DNA of 64,000 bases from an uncultured delta proteobacterium (GTDB taxonomy: Bacteria > Desulfobacterota > Binatia > Binatales > Binataceae): NCBI GenBank assembly GCA_963711565.1, contig CAVQEQ010000001.1:224001-288000 (forward strand). The letters run 5' to 3'. The position numbers and the translations under genes are program-made. Shown piece after piece: positions 60,078 through 64,000 of the stretch (position 1 is the stretch's first letter; every line of letters starts with the position of its first letter). Under the pieces are notes generated by a model. It did no database searches. It saw nothing but the letters and a program-made list of their open reading frames with translations, and was not told where the DNA came from.

Positions 60078-61301
60078 ATGCAAAGTGTTGCTGAAATTGA
60101 AGCTAGTCCGGAAGTGCAGAATTTGCGCAATCGCGTGTCCGGTTTCTTGAACGAACTGATCTATCCGAATGAGAAGATTCTTGAGAAAGGCGGCGAGGAA
60201 GCGTCGCGCACCTTCAAAGCGATCCAGGCCGAGGCGAAGAAGCGCGGGCTGTGGGCGCTCGGGCTGCCGAAAGAAATCGGCGGCGGCGGACTCGAGTTCA
60301 TGCCCTACGTGTTCGTCAATGAGATCGTCGGGCGCAGCGAGTATGCGATCGCCGGGCTGGGCACGCATTCCGCGCAGGACGCCACCATGCTGCATCTGTA
60401 CGGTAATCCCGAACAGAAAAAGCGCTGGCTCGCGCCGCTGGTCAACGGCGACATCTATCCGAGCTTCTCGATGACCGAACCCGAAGTCTCCGGCGCCGAC
60501 CCGACCGGGCTGCGCACGCGCGCTGTGCAGGACGGCGACGAATGGGTAATCAACGGGCACAAGTGGTTCACCAGCGGCGCCAACGTCGCGGCGTTCTCGA
60601 CCGTGATGTGCGTGACGGAGCCCGACGCGCCCGCGCACGAGCGCTTCAGCATGATCGTCGTGCCGACGGACACCAAGGGCTACCAGATCGTGCGTATTGT
60701 GCCGGTGATGGGCGAGACGTCGGGCGGGCATTGCGAGATCAAATACACCGACGTGCGCGTGCCGCTGACGAACCTCCTCGGGCCGCGCGGCCAGGCGTTC
60801 ACGATCGCACAGAAGCGGCTCGGCCCCGGCCGTATCTACCATTGCATGCGATGGCTGGGGCAGGCGCAGAGGGCGTTCGAGCTGATGATCGATCGGGCGA
60901 TCAATCGGCAGGCCTTCGGCGGGCCGCTGTCCGACAAGCAGACGATTCAGAACTGGATTGCCGACTCGGCCGCCGAGATCCAGGCCGCGCGCCTGCTGAC
61001 GCTCAACGCGGCGGCGAAGATCGATGCGGGCGACGAGGCGCGCGTCGAGATCTCACTGATCAAATTTTTCGGCGCGAAGGTGCTGCACGACGTGATCGAT
61101 CGCGCCATCCAGGTGCACGGTGCGATGGGCGTGTCGGAGGACACGCCGCTGGCGCGGATGTACCGTCATGCGCGCTTCGCACGGATTTACGACGGTCCCG
61201 ACGAGGTGCATCGGATGGTGGTGTCGCGGCGAATCGTCAGCGAGTTCAAGAAGGGCCGCAAGTGGGACTTCGGCCGCGGCATCAGGAGGAACGGAAGATA
61301 A
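60078..61301 (+). CDS. Acyl-CoA dehydrogenase
   Basis: FSMTEP, INGHKWFTSG, RLGPGRIYHCMR, RIYDGPDEVH. Confidence 0.95.
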   Translation: MQSVAEIEASPEVQNLRNRVSGFLNELIYPNEKILEKGGEEASRTFKAIQAEAKKRGLWALGLPKEIGGGGLEFMPYVFVNEIVGRSEYAIAGLGTHSAQDATMLHLYGNPEQKKRWLAPLVNGDIYPSFSMTEPEVSGADPTGLRTRAVQDGDEWVINGHKWFTSGANVAAFSTVMCVTEPDAPAHERFSMIVVPTDTKGYQIVRIVPVMGETSGGHCEIKYTDVRVPLTNLLGPRGQAFTIAQKRLGPGRIYHCMRWLGQAQRAFELMIDRAINRQAFGGPLSDKQTIQNWIADSAAEIQAARLLTLNAAAKIDAGDEARVEISLIKFFGAKVLHDVIDRAIQVHGAMGVSEDTPLARMYRHARFARIYDGPDEVHRMVVSRRIVSEFKKGRKWDFGRGIRRNGR

Positions 61302-61305
61302 TCAC

Positions 61306-61342
61306 CTGCGCGGTGGGCGGCAGGGGTGACCCCTGCACCCGG
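61306..61342 (-). repeat. Family A repeat, short variant
   Basis: Minus strand CCGGGTGCAGGGGTCACCCCTGCCGCCCACCGCGCAG. Confidence 0.85.
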
Positions 61343-61443
61343 TGAAAGAAAAGACGCGAAATCCGCGCAGCGCGGCTTCCGCGAGAGTAATTTTGGCGGC
61401 GACCCCCGTACGGAGGCCTCTGCACAACTGCGCCGCGCATCTT

Positions 61444-61553
61444 CCCCTCTCCCAGAATGGGAGAGGATCGAAGAGCCTGCCCTGAGCCTGCCGAAGGGTG
61501 AGGATCCTTATTCAGCGCGCTCTTTTGCGCGCGATTCAAGATTCTGCTTTCTG
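61444..61553 (+). repeat. REP-like family B element with nested insert
   Basis: CCTCTCCCA-GAA-TGGGAGAGG, insert AGCCTGCCCTGAGCCTGCCGAAG, GGTGAGG, tail shared with 30313..30396. Confidence 0.75.
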
Positions 61554-61606
61554 CCTGGGTGTCTCCACCGAGGTTTTGCAAAGGTCTCGCACGGGGAACA
61601 AAATCG

Positions 61607-62171
<565 letters not shown>

Positions 62172-62297
62172 AAGTCTGCTCCCGGTCGCGCGGGTCACAT
62201 GCCGGCCCGGGCTTCCATCCCCAATAACCATTCTCCCAAGATGGAGAAGGTTCAAGACCCCCAATTCGCGCACGCCGCGGACGGTTCCACTCGGCGC

Positions 62298-62696
62298 CTA
62301 CTTGCTGAAGAAAACCTCGCGCGCGTGATTGGTATCGTTATACTCGCGGACTTCGGCAATCTTGTCGCCGTCGAAGCGGATATCGAAGTGGTAGCGATTG
62401 TTATATTTCTTGCCGTTCGCCGCGACGGTATTCGATTCCGCCTGAACTGCGCATCGATCGCCTTCGCAAATGATGGTCTCGATTTTCAAGCCAAGTCCGC
62501 CGGGCATCATCGCCTTGATGATTTTCGCGAGATTGCGCAGCCCATCATGCCCCTTGACCGGCGGCATGCCTTCCATCCGGGTCATAACCTTCCACTCGAA
62601 GTCATTGGCGACCATTGTGGCGAGCCGCACCGGATCGGGGTCTTCAAACTCGCTGAGAAAATCTGCGGCTAATTCCTTTTTTTCCGCTGATGTCAT
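62298..62696 (-). CDS. NTF2/SnoaL-like protein
   Basis: ICEGDRCAV, NGKKYNNRY, KIAEVREYNDT. Confidence 0.88.
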   Translation of the reverse strand: MTSAEKKELAADFLSEFEDPDPVRLATMVANDFEWKVMTRMEGMPPVKGHDGLRNLAKIIKAMMPGGLGLKIETIICEGDRCAVQAESNTVAANGKKYNNRYHFDIRFDGDKIAEVREYNDTNHAREVFFSK

Positions 62697-62776
62697 GGCG
62701 TCGCTCCTCGCAGGCTACTCTACAGATACCTAATCCATCCCGCAGGATTGCGCCAACCTCCAGCGCCAAGGGTGAA

Positions 62777-62792
62777 CGCAAGCGCGATGCCA
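62777..62792 (-). promoter_or_regulatory. Sigma54 (-24/-12) promoter
   Basis: Minus-strand TGGCATCGCGCTTGCG, near consensus TGGCAC-N5-TTGC. Confidence 0.78.
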
Positions 62793-62866
62793 ACGGGCAC
62801 CGGTCATTGCGATACGCATTGCCGCATCACAATTTTTCAAGGCGACGCCCTGCGGAGCTAACTCGG

Positions 62867-62902
62867 TGCTTAACTGGCGGGCGTCCGATTAATCGACAGG
62901 CA
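62867..62902. promoter_or_regulatory. Two NtrC-like enhancer sites
   Basis: TGCTT-N7-GGGCG (62867-62883) and CGATT-N7-AGGCA (62886-62902), upstream of the sigma54 site. Confidence 0.45.
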
Positions 62903-62906
62903 CCTG

Positions 62907-63518
62907 CTAGGATGCCGCGGTCGGGGGGCTGGCGCGCTTGAGCTGGAACGTCGGCTCCTCGCCGCGGGACAGGCGCTGGATATTCTCGCGAAAGCGAAAC
63001 AGCACGAGCGCCGTCATCAGAATCGCGAGCAGCAAATAATGATGGGGCAAACCGAGAATCGCGACTGCGGGCGGCAATACGATCGCCGCGCCGATCGATG
63101 CCAGCGACACGATTCGGCTGATCGCGACGACCACGATAAACGCCGCGAGCGCGCACACGATTACCATCGGCGAGATCGCGAGCCAGATTCCCAGCCCGGC
63201 AGCGATCCCCTTGCCGCCGCGAAAGCCGAGGAACACCGAGCAGATCGCGCCGATAAACGCCGCCAGACCGACCCACGCGATAGCCGCGGCGGGAAGCCCG
63301 GCCGCGCGCGCGATCAGCACGGGAATCGCGCCCTTGAGCGCGTCGCCAACCAGAGTAATTGCGGCAGCGCTCATCCCGCCTGCCCGAACAACGTTGGTCG
63401 CCCCTATGTTGTGGGAGCCGACCGCGCGCGGATCGAAGCCGCGGATGCGGCCGACGATCACGCCAGTCGGAATCGAGCCGATAAGATACGCGACGAGGAT
63501 CAGCAGTACTTCGATCAT
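62907..63518 (-). CDS. plsY: Glycerol-3-phosphate acyltransferase
   Basis: YLIGSIP, NIGATNV, DALKG, FRGGKGIA, ENIQRL..GEE. Confidence 0.93.
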   Translation of the reverse strand: MIEVLLILVAYLIGSIPTGVIVGRIRGFDPRAVGSHNIGATNVVRAGGMSAAAITLVGDALKGAIPVLIARAAGLPAAAIAWVGLAAFIGAICSVFLGFRGGKGIAAGLGIWLAISPMVIVCALAAFIVVVAISRIVSLASIGAAIVLPPAVAILGLPHHYLLLAILMTALVLFRFRENIQRLSRGEEPTFQLKRASPPTAAS

Positions 63519-63577
63519 AGATGGAATCGCTCCGCGGTTACGAAACCAGAACCGGCTTCACTGGCGTGAAGCTGTCC

Positions 63578-63622
63578 GAGATCCTTCCTGCCGCTCGCGG
63601 TGCTCGCTTCGTCAGGATGACA
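63578..63622 (+). repeat. GAGATCCTTC...CAGGATGACA-type REP-like remnant
   Basis: Ends resemble a common intergenic palindrome class; single copy in this window. Confidence 0.4.
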
Positions 63623-63665
63623 ACTGGCACCGACGTTTCTGAGGATATTCAATTGAGAGAAAAGA

Positions 63666-63740
63666 TCGGGGTGACTGGATTTGAACCAGCGACTCCTGCG
63701 TCCCGAACGCAGTGCTCTGGCCAGGCTGAGCTACACCCCG
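63666..63740 (-). tRNA. tRNA-Pro(CGG)
   Basis: CGGGGTG/CACCCCG acceptor stem, CTGCG-TTCGGGA-CGCAG anticodon arm, GGTTCAAATCC; CCA not encoded. Confidence 0.96.
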
Positions 63741-63838
63741 TCTCCGGTTGCGAGTGATCGGGAAGGTACAGACGAGTGTTTATAGCATTGGAGGCGATAG
63801 CGCGCGAGTGCGGCGGAATCGGGGGCGTCCGACTCCTA

Positions 63839-63897
63839 CCTCGCCCGTTCCTTTGCGGGAGAGGCGGCCGGCGGGCGCAGCCGCCGGTAGGTGAGGG
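63839..63897 (+). repeat. REP-like family B element
   Basis: CCTCGCCCG..CGGGAGAGG, second stem CCGGCGG..CCGCCGG, then GGTGAGGG. Confidence 0.7.
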
Positions 63898-64000
63898 TTC
63901 CGCGGATCCACCCGCAGCTCCAGTCGAAGCACCCTTCTCTCTTCAAAGTTTCACGGGCGTGCGCGCGAGCACATCGCGCATCTCGCCCATGATTGTCGTG

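Noticed and set aside
62172-62273. Upstream in-frame GRMVIGDG...TGSR resembling the PII C-terminus (circular permutation)
   Set aside because: TGSRL comes from the duplicated glnB leader; the IGDG match is short and DNA similarity is weak.
63521-63780. Prophage or island integrated at tRNA-Pro (or tRNA-Val)
   Set aside because: No integrase and no duplicated tRNA 3' end seen; flanks are housekeeping genes.

Overview
GC-rich bacterial chromosomal segment, mostly housekeeping. Gene content and style suggest a delta-proteobacteria-related lineage such as Ca. Binatota; this is inference, not a database result. Core loci: xseA, ctpA, lgt (frameshifted), dtd, trmL, a nucleoside-type ABC transporter, cca, tRNA-Val(GAC), thrS-infC(ATC start)-rpmI-rplT-pheS-pheT-ihfA-merR, a sigma54 two-component system, tatA, lexA, ferredoxin/reductase, thiL, larB, ppdK, glyQS, glnB, plsY, tRNA-Pro(CGG) and a parS palindrome. 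Small accessory cassettes and at least three families of REP-like palindromes lie between them. Main leads: (1) a DUF559 endonuclease gene bracketed by 66-bp structured inverted repeats, with solo relatives elsewhere in the window; (2) a coupled luxE-luxC-class III aminotransferase unit with no luciferase, a candidate acid->aldehyde->amine pathway; (3) a NUDIX gene reading in frame into pheS; (4) a T-loop-deleted mini-PII upstream of glnB behind a sigma54 promoter; (5) ART-like and aspartyl-protease two-gene modules. Four plus-strand G->A changes at CG sites in conserved motifs suggest sequence artefacts. All family calls are by-eye motif recognition; no searches were run.
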